Assembly: GCF_964213995.1 (NCBI RefSeq)
Contig: NC_135804.1
Coordinates: forward strand, 68,076,001 to 68,140,000
Direction: 5' to 3'
Length of the DNA: 64,000 nt
Source: Mustelus asterias
Lineage: Eukaryota
Shown here piece by piece: positions 13,205 through 27,500 of the stretch (position 1 is its first letter; every line of letters starts with the position of its first letter). The position numbers were made by a program, and so were the translations under genes. The notes under the pieces were generated by a model. The model did no database searches. It was given only the letters and a program-made list of their open reading frames with translations, and had not been told where the DNA came from.

Positions 13205-14062
13205 GATTGTCAAGTTTGCTTACGACACCACCATTTTTGGTCGGATCTGAAACAATGACGAGACAGAGTAGAAGAATGAGATAGAGAATCTGGTTAACTG
13301 GTGCGGCGACAATAACCTTTCCTCAATGTCAACAAAATGAAGGAGATTGTCATCGACCTCAGGAAGCGCTTTGGAGAACATGTGCCTGTCTACATCCATG
13401 GGAATGGAGTAGAAAGGGTCGAGAGCTTCAGGTTTTTAGGAATCCAGATCATCAACAACCTGTCGTGGTACCCCCATGCTGACACTGTAGTTAAGAAAGC
13501 CCAGCAACGCCTCTACTTTCTCAGAAGACAAAGAAAATTTGGCATTTCAGCTACGACTCTCACCAACTTTTACACATGCAACATAGAAAACATTCTTTCT
13601 GGTTGTATCATAGCTTGGTATGACTCCTAATCTGCCCAAGACTGCAAGAAACCACAAAATGTCATGAATGTAGCCCAATCCATCACGCAAACCGACCCCC
13701 ATCCATTGACTCTGTCTACACTTCCAGCTGCCTCAGCAAAGCAGCCAGCATAATTAAGGACCCCACTCACCCCGGACATTCTCTCTTCCACCTTCTTCCT
13801 TCGGGAAAAAGATACAAAAGTCTGAGGTCACATACCAACCGACTCAAGAACAGCTTCTTCCCTGCTGCTGTCAGAACTTTGAATGGATTTACCTTGCATT
13901 AAGTTGATCTTTCTCTATACCCCAGCTATGACTTTAATACTATATTCTGCACTCTCTAATTTCCTTCTCTATGAATGGTATGTTTTGTCTGTATAGCGTG
14001 CAAGAAACAATACTTTTTACTGTATGTTAATACAAGTGACAATAATAAATCAAATCAAATGA
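13205..14062 (+). mobile_element. Rex-Babar LINE 3' portion (RT C-terminus)
   Basis: [42 protein letters not shown]; ends aataataaatcaaatcaaat. Confidence 0.92.
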
Positions 14063-14539
14063 AATCTAATCACAGCAACAAATGCACATTCACATTATAA
14101 GAATGCTTGGCGTTCTCGATGGTTTTGGGAGGTCAATACTTTTTCTGTGATTTGAAAGGGTTTGGAAACCCTGCTATAAACATTTATTCTGTTTAATGCT
14201 GCCAATATTTGAATATGACACAGGGAAGCGGGGCAAATCAACAGTTCGGACTGTTCCTTCAGATGACAATAAAGTGCTATCATCCGAGACTGTTTAACTC
14301 TGCATGGGAAATGTGGGATATGGAAATATTCCGGTTAATATATTGTAGCTTGGGGAACTTCTGCAAACATATAGCAAATTTAACAGCACGAGATAGAAGG
14401 CTCAGTATATGTGTCTGTGCGTGTGTGTGTTTGTGTATGACGGAGAGGGTGAAATTAAGACAGAACCTGTTCGGGATTTAACAAAAACATGTGGAGATGG
14501 AGGAGAAAGGTTCATGTCTAAATCAGTTGTTTGCTGTAA

Positions 14540-14835
14540 CTTGCCAGATCAGAAGATGAGGTGCTGCTGCTCCAGCTTGTGTTGAGCTTCAATCGAGCAT
14601 TGCAGCAGGCCAAGGAGGGTACGTGTCATTAGACGAAGGTGCTGAGTTGAAATGATAAGCAACAGGACGGTAGTGTCAATCATGAGGTCTGGGCGAAGGT
14701 GATCCACAAATCGGTAAAAAGTCTGTGTGTATCCTGCCCAATGCAGACTGGGACATGACATTGGGAACAGATAATATATTAAACCAAAGTGAAGGAGATG
14801 CAAATGAAACTCTGATTAAGCGGAAAGGAGTGTTT
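14540..14835 (-). mobile_element. Penelope-like element fragment (GIY-YIG C-terminus)
   Basis: LLGLLQCSIEAQHKLEQQHLIF on the minus strand resembles the Penelope endonuclease C-terminal RKLEEQHLIF motif. Confidence 0.65.
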
Positions 14836-14842
14836 GGGCCTT

Positions 14843-15170
14843 GAATCATCATAGAATCATCATTAAAACATTACAGTGTAGAAAGAGGCCATTCGGCCCA
14901 TCGAGTCTACACCGACCACAATCCCACCCAGTCGTGAGGATGGATGAGAGAAACGGGCGGGTGTTACTCATTGTGCGATTGCACTCTAGGATGGCCATGG
15001 AAATATTTTTGTAAACGTCAATCTGATACACGAATGAATGGAACCAAATGAAATCAGACAAACAGTCATGGACTTGACTCTTAGGTCTCTTCTGAAATGG
15101 CCAAGCACATCACATCCAATCAATACCAGGGCAATAAATGCTAGCCCAGCCACATGTGAGTAAGAATTTA
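14843..15170. mobile_element. HE1 SINE tail (-) abutting a second SINE fragment (+)
   Basis: atcatagaatc...ggccattcggcccatcgagtct; then ctgaaatggcc...gggcaataaatgc. Confidence 0.6.
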
Positions 15171-16154
15171 AAATAAAATATGGGATAACATCACCGCCCC
15201 CGTCCACCCGCCCCGAAACGTTCGTTCTATAAGAGTTAATTTAATCGCGTCAACATAAGTTTCAATAGAATTATAATCGTTGAGTCCCTCATAATTATCA
15301 TTAGCCAGGCGTGTGGCCGTGGGGCAGAACATGAGATGGAGTAGCAAAATAAATTCCGCGAGTACCAGTACAAGCAAAGGAATAACAGTTTGAGGCGAGT
15401 AAATTTTGGCTCCACAAAAGATCTAGCTAATCTATATGGCCCAACTCCGATGTGTGATGGAATGTTCCCCACTTTCCTGGACCAGAGTTTCCTAACACTT
15501 GCAAAGATCGACCAGCATCAACAGTTCCAGAAGTGTACTCCATTTTCTAGGTGCACTGAGGCAAATCACCAAGCGTCCTTCGGCAGCCGCTGTGGACAAC
15601 GCAAGTAATCGCCCACACCACACAAATAAACACGGCGGGCGATATAGTATCCTGATTTCGATCTTCCAGTCCCGTCGTAGTCGCTGTATTAAAATCCTGC
15701 AATTTATTTCCTAACAGCAGTGTTGACCTAAATACACGAGGTATACAGAAAGGTTGAACAAACCTTTATCTTAGCCCGAACAATTAGGCATGAACAAATC
15801 ATATTGAACTTGCTAGTGAACCAGTACAGATAAAACATTAATAGCGAGGCATGCATTCTCACAACATTGTGGAACCATTTTAAATGTTAAGATTCTTGAG
15901 TTGTGTTTACGTCTTTTGTCACATTATAAACATTTTATCATGGGGAAAGTCTCAGGCGTCAGGTATTATACATCAAAATTAGTATTAGAAGCTGCACCAG
16001 GCAATTTGAATTCGCACATACATTTGAAGATATTCACAATGTTATATATCGGTATTTCATGATATCTCATAAAAGTAAAAGTATCCAACAACTGCCGATT
16101 GCTACTTCATAGTAACAGGCCACAAACTATTGGAGAGGATACGTAGCTGTCACA

Positions 16155-19100
16155 TTACATAGAAACTAAGAGCAAGTGTAGGCCATAGGGCCCATTAAGC
16201 CTGTTCCATCAGTAAATGTGATCATCGCAGATCTACAATATCAATGCCTTGATGGCTTTAAAATCGAAATGATTTTTTTCTTGAATACATTCCGTGAATT
16301 GACCTTTAAAGCCGTCTTTGATACATAATTTCATGAATGACCAAACTTTAGGAAAAATAAATCTTTTCTCATCTCTGTCCTAAATGGTTGGCTCCGAATT
16401 CTGAGAGTGTTTCTCCTGGTTTGGGAGACCCCAAACAAGGAAAACAACCCTCCTTCATCTCGTCTGTCAATACCTGTTAGAATTGCATAGGTTTCAATGA
16501 GAGCTCTTCTCATCTTTCTAAACTCTCATGAATTCAGGCCTGGGTACATCAATCTCTCCTCACAAGAGAGTCTATGATTATGGGCAATTCATGTCCCGTT
16601 ACCAGCCTAATAAAACTCGCTGCACGCATTATATGGGAAGTGTGTGCTTTCTTAGATAGGGAGATTAAAACTGAATGCAATACGCCAGACGTTGTCTCAC
16701 CAAGGCCCTTCATAACTATTGGAAAACATTTCTACTTCTGAACTCAAATCCTTTGACAAGGGAAGGCCAAAATACCGCTTGTCTTCCTAATTGCTTGCTG
16801 CACATGGTTCTCCACTTTCACGGTCTGGCGCACTTAGGTCTCCTTGTACTCCAGTCCTTCCAATATATCAACAATTTAGCAATATTGTTTTTTTTTCTCG
16901 CGGAGGTATGTCAACTCACAATCAGCCACGTTGTACACCATCTGCCATGAGTTTACGCATTACTCTACTTGTGTAATTAACCTCGAAGACCCCTTGTGCT
17001 CTCTACACAATTCACAATTCCAACCAGTTATGTGTCGTGGTGGAATTGTGAATTGAAACTTGGAATCAGTTGGTACCTGTGCATTAATCCTTGTGTTTGC
17101 ACCACTAATCAAGGCCTGGCATAGGAAAAAAAATGCAATTTATTTTTCAAAGTTATTTTTCTGTCTGTCGACCGATTCACAATCCATGGCAAGACATTAC
17201 ACCCTTATCCCATGTGCTAATTGTGCATATTAGCTTCTTAAGATTGACCTTACCAAAAACTTTCAAGGCGTCAATTTCACCGCGCCAATGATTCTCCGTT
17301 ATCTATTCTACTTGTTATATCTTCAAAAATCTGTGATAGATTGTTGAAGCATGATAAACTTTTCATAAACCCATGCAGTATATATATTTTTTCCAATATC
17401 CCTGATGCTTCCCAGTCGTTGTCTTATGGAATCATTTGTTACGTACTCTAGCATCTTCCCCACTACTTGGCCATCTGATCTTTTCAACTTATTTGTTTTA
17501 CTTTCCCTTCTTTTTCAAAATAGCGGGGTTACGTTTGCAACCTCCAATCTGTAGGAACTGCCCCACTCTAAGGATTTTTCAAGATGACCATCTATGCTTC
17601 CAATATGTCGAGATCCACGTCCTGTAATAGTTATAGGGGAGAATACCATGCCCTCCTGATTTGTTAGTCATTTGCACTGTTAATTTCTGCAGCACCATGT
17701 TCTTACGAAAACAGATTTCCTTCAACTCCACCTCTCACTAGACTGTTGGTTGCTTCCAAATTCTCAGAGTTTAATAGTGCCCTCCTTTATGAAGACAGAT
17801 CAACATTATGTGTTCAATTTTCCAGCCATTTTTGGGTTTCCCATTGTAATTGTCTCGTCTTCCGGTTGTAAGGAAATTCCATTTGTGTTTTGAAATACTT
17901 TATCTTCATATATTTATGGAAACTTTTAAGAACAGTCGGCATGTTCCCTGCAATTTTACTCTAATACTAAACATTGATTTTCTAGACCAAGTAGTTTGTC
18001 TTATTTTGCTGAATTCTAAATTACTCCCAATAATGAGAGTTTCTTTTCTTCCAGCAGTTTTACATATCTCCTCTTTGGAGTTAATATTATGGTTACTATA
18101 TTTTTAAGCCAAGTTTGAGCCACCTTTCTTCTTCATTTTTGAACCAGAGAGGTTCCACAGTCTTCCCTAGCCAATTCGCACTTGGTAGCCTCGTATTTCC
18201 CTTCATTTAGATTCAGGACACCAGTTTCGGATTCGACGATTTCACACTCCAGCTTAATGATAAATTCTATCGTTTTATGGTTTCTCTTCCTCAAGATACT
18301 TAACTAATACTTTCTCATTGCACAGTGCCCATACCAGAATATCCTGCTGTCTGGTTGTTCACTCAACATATTTGAGTAAAAACCATCATACCCAAATTCC
18401 AGGAACTTCTCCTCCAGCATACCATTGCGAGTTTGGGTTGTCCAATATATGTGCAAATTAATGTCGCCTCGGATTTTAGTTGCATCTTTGTTTCACACAT
18501 CACTGGGTTTTAAAACATTACCTTACAGCTCTACTCATGTTTTGGGACCGACTGACACCGAGTGGAAAGGTGTTCTGTGTTTTGCAGATTCTGTTCTCCA
18601 AATATACACATTCCACACTTTGATTTTCCGATCCACACTCCTTCCTCACTATTACATTGATTCCATAAGACCATAAGACGTCGGAGCAGAATGAGGCCGC
18701 TCGGCCCATCGAGTCTGCTCCGCCATTCAATCATGGCTGACATTTTTCTCATCCCCATTCTCATGCCCTCCTTTACTACCAATGCTAACCCACATTCTCT
18801 CCCTTTTTGTCTGTCCTTCCTAAATAGTGAACAACCCTGAATGTCCAGTTTCCATATTTGTGAACCTGTCGCCATATCTCTGCTATTGAAGCTTACCATG
18901 ACAATTTAGATCTAGATGCGCTGTCAATTTCTTTCCATTGGTGCAAATGTGCTGTGTACTGAGATACAAAGCCTTGAGCCTTGACTTTTAAACCTTGATA
19001 GTTATCTTGACTTTATCTTGCACTATGATCCCATTTTCTACACCTTTGTTCTTTTTTTCCGCCTTACACTTTTTCTTATATTTTTGCGTTTTGAAACTAT

Positions 19101-19340
19101 CTTGTTGATCCTTCCTCTGCTTCCCAGCTTAGGTTCCCATCTCGCCGCCATTCTAGTTTGAACACGCTCCATCAGCACTCGGAGAACCCCCCATCCACTT
19201 GTCATCAGTGGACATTTGCAGCCCGTCGAAATGGACTGGTGGAAACCTCCGCAGAACTTGGCACAACGGCCGAGGGATCTGAAACCTTCCCTCCTGTACC
19301 AATTCCCCAGCTACGAATTCATCTGGTATTTCCCTTTCTG
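16155..19340 (-). mobile_element. Old CR1 LINE ORF2 (endonuclease plus RT), heavily decayed, with a younger CR1 tail inserted at about 18660-18770
   Basis: RRALIETYAILTGIDR...RSQPFRTEMRK at 16331-16513(-); endonuclease-like LDIQGCSLFRKDRQKGRECGLALVVKE at about 18770-18860(-). Confidence 0.75.
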
Positions 19341-21501
19341 GCTAGCACTTCGTATTGATAATAATGAATAGTTTATTTTGTTCTTACTGCTTAAATAGTT
19401 TCATGTATGGGTTGAGTATTAGCAACATATTTAACAGTGAACTAATTGAAACACAGGGCGTTACAAGTGTCACAGCCAAAGTGTGTTCCTTTGAGGATCG
19501 GGCAGGGTAAACTCAAAAGCCAACAGGAAATTATTAACTCAGTTATATATGTGCTGCATACTAGTCTGCTGAGGGAAATAAAACTTTATGTTCCAAGAGG
19601 CCCTGATCAGGGTCCCCCAGACCTCTTTGGATTTCTGGATGGTTGTTGCGGACTGCAGGTTTCTTAATTCTGCACTCCTCAATTGTGAACGAAATGATGA
19701 ACTATGCAACCGCATGACAGGAGACAGAGATTGACGAAGGTGGGGAAAAATGTGCGATCCATTAGGAGAACATCTAGCCATGAGTATGATGCTTGACATG
19801 GATCTGTGAACAGCAAATCACGGCTGAAGGTTTGCTTCAGTTTCGCTGAAGGTCATGCTTTTGGCTTACACTCATCAGGCATTCGCCAGCATACCGAATG
19901 CAAAGCAAATAAAAATTCGCGCTTCACGGGACGAGAGGGCTGATTGGTTGCAAACGGAAACTGACAGGTAGTTGCTTTGTCATGTAGAATGCAACTGTGA
20001 ACTAATGACTGACAGATAACCGCCAAGTCTCGCTGCAGTGAAATATGGCAAGTTGATTCTGATTGGTCAATGCTTTGCCCAAGTTAATCACCATCCTGTT
20101 CAGCTAAAACAGTGGCAACGTAGCAATGTATGTTAATGTTCATTCTCTCTGCAAAGAGGGTCGTGCTTATGAATGTATGCACCTTCTTGGACGCTTATTT
20201 TACCACAAAGCAAGCTCTATTGATGACAATAAATTGAATGTGCACGCCAAGCTGAGTGCAATCAGGATTGTTAGGCAAATGTTTTCCGATCGCCGAATCA
20301 AATCTGATGTTAGTCACTGTGATTTGAGTTTTGCAGGGACGGACTTTTTGTACAGTGTGAGTAGCTTGCCTAATGCGAAGAGCGACATTTTATGTTGTTC
20401 AATATGACCCACAAGTCTTTGAGGCGTCCGGCCGACATGTCTCAATTACTGGGACATTGATGTTCAGTAATAACGTTATTCATTGTTTTGATAGGCCAAA
20501 TGTATTTTTCGCCTGACGCTTTGTTACTTGTGAACATAAATTGCATTGCTGCTGCAAAGTAGAAACATGAAACAAGTAGCTTTAAGTGTTTTTTTTTTTT
20601 GCGAGCCTCACTCTTCTCGGTAAACTCGCCACTTTTTCTCAGACCGAAAGACGGGGCTTGAAGTCTATTCACGCGTTTGTTTGTGATCGAACTGAGGCGA
20701 TCTAATGAAGACAGGCCTTACTTTGCAGGATGGTTTCATGCCCCTTATTTCAGAAAAAGTTTGTTGTCGATTGTATGTTTATCCTCTTGTGTGCATAGTC
20801 GCTCAGAATGTTCTTTCTCGCAATAATAGACGCCGTAGCAAAATTGAAGCTTAGGTGACTATTAGGGAAGAAATAGCATGAAGCTGTAATTGGCAATGAA
20901 ACGGCATCATACCTTTGACGATTTTTATGCTTCCAATTGAAGTTTAAACGAGTTAAGCCACTGCCTCCCCACCACCCCCCTCCCCATACACACACACACA
21001 CACGCACACATACACACAAATACACAGTATCACCAACAGAACGAACTCGGCGGACAAACACATTTCCTCCAGGGCTTGGCGTTGGCCAAAACGTTGCTTT
21101 GGATGTTCTGCGGGTATATACTTATTTCGTCAATATTTATTTGATACATCCAGTTAAGTTGCCATTATTCCTTAGAACATACACCGCACTTTGAACTATT
21201 ATGTTCAATTGAACAAAAATGCTGTCAGCGTAATATTGTGTTTTATTAAATAATGTTTGAGTCCGAAACACAGTTGAATGAGTTGGAGAGCTGTGAGCTA
21301 AATGAAACGTTCTTCCTTTCGACTGGGACTTGGGAAAACGCAGCCAGACACTGTGACGCTAAGCGTGCCTATTGATATTTCCAATTCTGTTCTGCGATAT
21401 TTCGTGTCATTTCCTCTGGTGCACGTCAGAGTATATGATTATATCTCTATGCGAATCACCGTGCTGTTTGGCAGAGAAGACGTGGCTGCCTGTTCTCAAA
21501 T

Positions 21502-21556
21502 ATGTCTGTGCTCAATGTTGGTATTTTAATGCGGATCATGGCCATCTTTTGCACAG
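21502..21556 (+). CDS. Gene A exon 1, signal peptide [18 protein letters not shown]
   Basis: ATG, hydrophobic stretch and phase-1 donor acag|gttgtt 109 nt upstream of the V exon; parallels the gene B leader. Confidence 0.7.
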
Positions 21557-24500
21557 GTTGTTTTATTTCTCCCTGTGTTGTTTGTTGCCCATGACTGTTT
21601 GTTATCTTGTAAACTGTACTGCTACTATGTGTCTTTCATACAATCATTATTCTGTTTTATGATAGTTGGCATTCGCGCTAATTTCCAAGTCTCTCAAGCT
21701 CCTGAAAACACGAACGCTCTCTTGGGCACAAACGTCACCTTCTATTGCACATTCCCTATTTTTCAAAATGCCTTAAATGTGGAAGTTTACTGGTGGAAAC
21801 TGGGTGAAAACGGATTTCTGCACAGAAGTTCAGACAGCAGGAAGATATTTCTCCGCTTTAAGCAAGGGGGTGCCTCATTTCAGCTCCTGAATATCAGTGC
21901 CCCGGATGCCGGTGTGTATTACTGCGGTGTCAAAACCTTGGAAAACAGGACTGCAAATGGAACCGGCTCAACGATCAAAGTATCAGGTAGGTGACGTTCT
22001 GGCACGAAGAAAAGGAAAGCTCATAGATAGTGTGGTGTTGCCATTATTTTTCACATTACAATTGTTTATATAATTTGAAAATTCAATCAAATTCTCTTGC
22101 CGGTTATGGGCAACCTGACCGAAGCCTCCATTTGGAACAGACATAGCCACACCTATGTATTGTTTATGTTTTCAGGCAGGAGTAACATAGTTTAGTTCAG
22201 CGAACGTCGTTGTGCCAAGATATGTAGAGTCGTTGTTCCAGGTGTAGAGTTGAAAAGTGCCATACCTACTTGACATGATTTATTGGTTCTTACATAAGCA
22301 AACCTCAATTTCATTTAGTGCCCCGGAAACTGATCGAACAATGCCCCTACTTTCGCGTTAAAATGAACGAGTAGTACTATCCGGATAAAAGCCATATCAC
22401 AATTTCTTATCAATGCATTGTTCCCTCAATAAATATTTGAACCGTCTAACAAACGTGTGAACCAAACGCGAGCGAAACATTTGATGAAGTCTGCACAAAA
22501 TTAAATTTTACAACTCTATGGAAGTCTTTAAGTTAGGAATGCTTAGAGTGGATTTTCACAGTCCTTCTATGTTAAGAAACGATACCTTGCCAAAACACAA
22601 TTATACAAGGGACTCAATTAACTATAACCAACATTTGAGGAGAGCCAAAGTTCATTCAACTATAGCCTATGGCCCGGAATAGATATTGTTTTCACCATAG
22701 TTATGTCCCCATAGTACTATATATTACGAATCAACAAGCTTTGATCATCGCCTATTTCAATTTGCTCAACAAGACCCTTTTTGAAGTCTTAACGAAAAAG
22801 AATCTATACAGATCTCCCAACAATTGGAACTTACAAAACATTATTTTGTTGAGACTGAATTTCCTTTTGCCAGTTACCTGTTGGCAAGAATATGGTAAGG
22901 GCTATGTTCCTCTTATTAATTACAAATTTGATTGTTGAAGTCATATGAATTGGCCGTTCGTGGACTAAAAGGCTGCAGAGTGAGAGAAACATGCAACAGA
23001 CAAGGGAGATATTGGGTCAATTATGCTTGCGCTGCATCTTTGTAAAGTGTATTTATTAGTCCTGATTCCCTGCAATTTCCCAATAACCCTCGAATCTATG
23101 TTCAAACACTGACAAATATATTGGTAAATGATTTCCATGCAAGGAATACAAATTTGTTGCAGTTACTTAACGCTCAAGGAGATCACATCGGATAAAGTAA
23201 ATGTAATTTGTGCAATCAAGAGAAAACTAACCCATAAAATTATTCGTTTTTTTTATTTTGTACCCTTCGCAGTTCCACCAACTCCGTTGAAGATTTTTTC
23301 CAAAGTACATGAAGTAAACTCTTCTTTCCTTGATCTCCTGTGCGAAACCAGTGAGTTTTACCCAAACGTGCTGAATCTCAGTTGGTATAAAGATGGGATT
23401 GAGATCAGGAACTGCACAGTGACAACCAAGTCATTGAACATAAATGGACTTTATAAAGTTTCAAGTATATTAAACAGGATGCAACCTGTCAGGAGCACAA
23501 CTGTTTACACCTGTCAGGTTTCTCACGTCACACTCCCTGTCCCAGCTAAAGTGGAATTTACTCTTCTGAACCCCAAGCAAGGTAAGGACCGACATCGTTA
23601 ACAACTCAATAAACTGGCGATACACTACTGTGCATTTACATTGTAATTTAACATTGATGGGGCGCGACCGAGCTTCAAATACGTTTCAGACATGTAGCGT
23701 AGATTCGGAATCAGTTCATAACTCCAACGTAAGCGAATGCAAACTCCAGCAAGTCGGCAGCTTTTCGTTGTAACTCGTTGATTCGTCAGGGAGCTTAAAT
23801 ACGTTACTCTACACAAGTTTAGAAAATTATGCTTTGTAATTAAGTGTTTCAGAAATTGCAGCTGCACTCTCAAAGCCGAAATTGTACGTAACTTAGCAAA
23901 ATAGTTTGTTTCCAAAAAAAGAGAATCTGCTGAATTATCTGGGATCCTCAATCGTTTCATGGCAAAAACGCGAAACCCAACCTGATTATTGCAGTTGGAT
24001 GATGTTACCTCCTTAGTTTCTTATGTAGTGTGTTTTGTTTGTACTTTAGAAAGAATCGGACCTCTCAGGGACAAAAGAGGGGAATTATGCTTAGAACCAA
24101 AGGAAGTCGGAGAGATCCTAAACTAATACTTTGTATCAGTATTCACAAAGGAGAGGGACATGTTGACTGGTAGTGTCTCAGAGCGATGTGTTGACCCGTT
24201 AGAAAAAATCTCAATTACAAGGGAGGAAGTGTAAGGTTTTTTAGGAAACATTAAGACAGACAAATCCCCAGGGCCAGAATGGCATCTATCCTAGACTCCT
24301 CAGGGAGGCAAAAGATGAAATTGATGGGAGTCTAACAGAATTCTTTGTCTCTTCACTGGACACAGGTGAGGTACCAGAGGATTGGAGGATATCAAATGTG
24401 GTCCCATTATTTAAGAAGGGTAGCAAGGATAAACCATGTAATTATAGGCCAGTGAGCTTGACATCCGTGGTAGGGAAATTTTTGGAGAAGATTCCTAGAG

Positions 24501-27500
24501 ATAGGATATATGTGCATTTGGAACTGAATAATCTCATTAGTGATAGACAGCATGGTTTTGTACGAGGGAGGTCATGCCTCACAAATTTGGTTGAGCTTTT
24601 TGGGGAGGTGACAAAATGGATTGACGAGGGAAGGGCCGTGGATTTTCAAGGTGAGGGCGGCAAGGTTCAACACAGATGTCAGGAGGGCGTATTTTACACA
24701 GAGGGTGGTGGGGGTCTGGAATGCACTGCCAAGCAAGGTGATTGAGGTGGACACGCTGGGATCGTTTAAGACTTATCTAGATAGCCACATGAACAGACTG
24801 GGAATAGAGGGATACAAATGAATGGTCTGGTTGGGGATATGATCCGCACAGGGTTGCAGGGCCGAAGGGCCTGTGCCTGTGCTGTATTGTTCTTTGTTCT
24901 TGTTCTTTGTTCTTTATACCATTTTACTTTCGAATTTATTTGAGTTATCTGCAGACAACTCCATTATCTTGAAGATTTGCTCACACCGACTAACCGCAGG
25001 CCTCTGCTAACATTTCAACTACCGAATTTTCCTTTGGTCCTTTCTCTAAAACCAAATTTAAACGCCCACACTTGAGTCAATTATTAGCTGCGGGCAATAC
25101 TTTATAATGTATGATTCCCAAAACATGGGAAATTAATAAATTTGAATAGCCATTGGTATAACGGTCCATTAATTAATGAAATGGTAATTAACCCACTCTA
25201 TTAATTTCAGTTCCGAACTTCATAATCAACCCTGCTTCACTGCATTCCCTCGAATGCAATGGACATATAATTAAGTAACGAACCCAAACATTTGACCAAA
25301 CTTCAGACTTTACCGCATCTCAATGTTGTGTTAAAACTTCCATGGATGAACAAAGAACAGTACAGCACAGGAAACAGGCCCTTCGGCGCTCCAAGCCTGT
25401 GCCGCTCATTGGTCCAACGAGACCATTCGTTTGTATCCCTCCATTCCCAGACTGCTCATGTGACTATCCAGGTAAATCAGCGTTTCTGCCTCCACCACCC
25501 TACTTTGCAGCGCATTCCAGGCCCCCACCACTCTCTGTGTAAAAAATGTCCCTCTGATATCTGAGTTGTACCTCGCCCCTCTCACCTTGAGCCCGTGACC
25601 CCTCGTGATCGTCACCTCCGACCTGGGAAAAAGCTTCCCACTGTTCGCCCTATCTATCCCCTTCATAATCTTGTTCACCTCCATTAGATCTCCCCTCATT
25701 CTCCGTCTTTTCAAGGAGAACAACCCCAGTTTACCCAATCTCTCCTCTTAGCTAAGACCCTCCATACATACATAGGATGCATAAAATAATCATCCGGCCG
25801 TCAAAATAAACGCATCAGCTTCCTTCCTAATTCGTGGCTTTCCCGCAAATGGACACAAATTAATTTGATTGTCAACATTTACTAGCGTGGAATGGTTTTG
25901 CTGCTTCTCCATGAGCAATGCCGATGGTTAAACATGTTCCCATATTATGGTGCACTTGCCCACTTAAGTACCCAGACACTAAATTGACTGATTCCATTGC
26001 GAATAAACTGCATCGACTTCCCATCCCCCCGCCACCAACCGCCCCCCCCCCCACCCCCCGCAAGAAATAACAAAAATCCGCCTGGTGCTAAAAAAGCTTG
26101 AAAATCTTACACTTACTCACCGAATATGAGCTATTGATTTATTTTGTGAACACCACCGGCATAAAAATCGACATCTGTGGCAATCTAAAGAGTAGAGCGG
26201 TCTTATTGAAAGAAATTGTTTGCAAATGTATTATAGCTACCACTTTGCGTTTTTCGACATTCGACCTTAGAAAAAAATCACTCTCAATAATTTGTTCCAT
26301 GAGGCTTTCCTTGTGTAACACACTATTCAGCCTCCTTAATCGAGGAATCGTTTCTTTCACGTCAATAACGATACTTCGTTGCTGTGAAGCTAATTGAAAA
26401 TTTGTTCCACATTTTCATCATTCTTTGTTTATTACAGAGCACTGTTATGTGTGCCACTTTTCAATGCACGAGAGCCACTTCTCAGGGATAAATTTTCCTC
26501 AAATGTAATGGCCTTGTTTTGAACATATCCACGCACAAGTAAAAAACAAATGTTGTCATCTGATCACCACTCTTCTCCATTAACTCACTTAAGTAAGGCT
26601 CTGACCTGAATTTCATTTATTACCCGATGAGCAATACAGCAAAGTCTGCTTCGAAAATCGCATCCCAACATATTATTCTGGAAGTTTTTACTGAATGCAT
26701 TCCATGAACTCGGTCTGAAATCTATATTTCCCACTTGGGTTTGCTGAACCAATTCAGAAATAAAAGTCGCCCAAGAACATTATCCTTGTTATAAGGGCTT
26801 TTAAATGTGCGATATTTATCGCCCGAACCATTAAATTTGAAGGGAGCCGGGTTTGAAGATACTTCTAACATGGTGTTCTGACGCTTGCTTTTTCATCTAT
26901 GCACCAACCCTGAACATAAATGTTTATCTCCTGAGTTTGTAACCATTCATATCGCTATTCTAAATAAACCTTCATTACCCGGAATTACTTCTTCTTTAAA
27001 AAAAACTATTACCCAGAAATGTTTAGTCTCCAAGTGCCCCGCTTTTAGTTAGCGCTGCTAGATGAAACAATTATTATTTTATTTTTTAGTGTCGCTAGTC
27101 GGTTCACATTAACACTGCAATGAAGTTACTGTGAAAATCCCCGAGTCGCCACACTCCGGCTCCTGCTGGGGAACACTGAGGGAGAATTTAGCATGGTCAA
27201 TGCACCTAACGGACGCGTCTTTCGGAATGTGGGAGGAAACTGGAGCACCCAAAAGAAACCCACACAGACACGGGGACAACATGCAATAAGTGTTCAAAGC
27301 TGGGGATTAAATCCGGGTCCCTGGTGCTGTGAGGCAGCAGTCCTAACCACTGTGCCACCGCACCACACCAACTGTCCATTACGTTATATATCTCTTAGGA
27401 ACATTTGCTGATTTATCGGCGTTTCCTGACATGGAAATTGTCGCCATTAATCGAGTGCCATTCAGAATCCTCCTGCCATTATCATAGAAACACTACAGTG

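Noticed and set aside
19500-20300. Repeat-like region with recurring tgattggt motifs
   Set aside because: It looks like an old interspersed repeat, but I could not assign a family or boundaries with confidence
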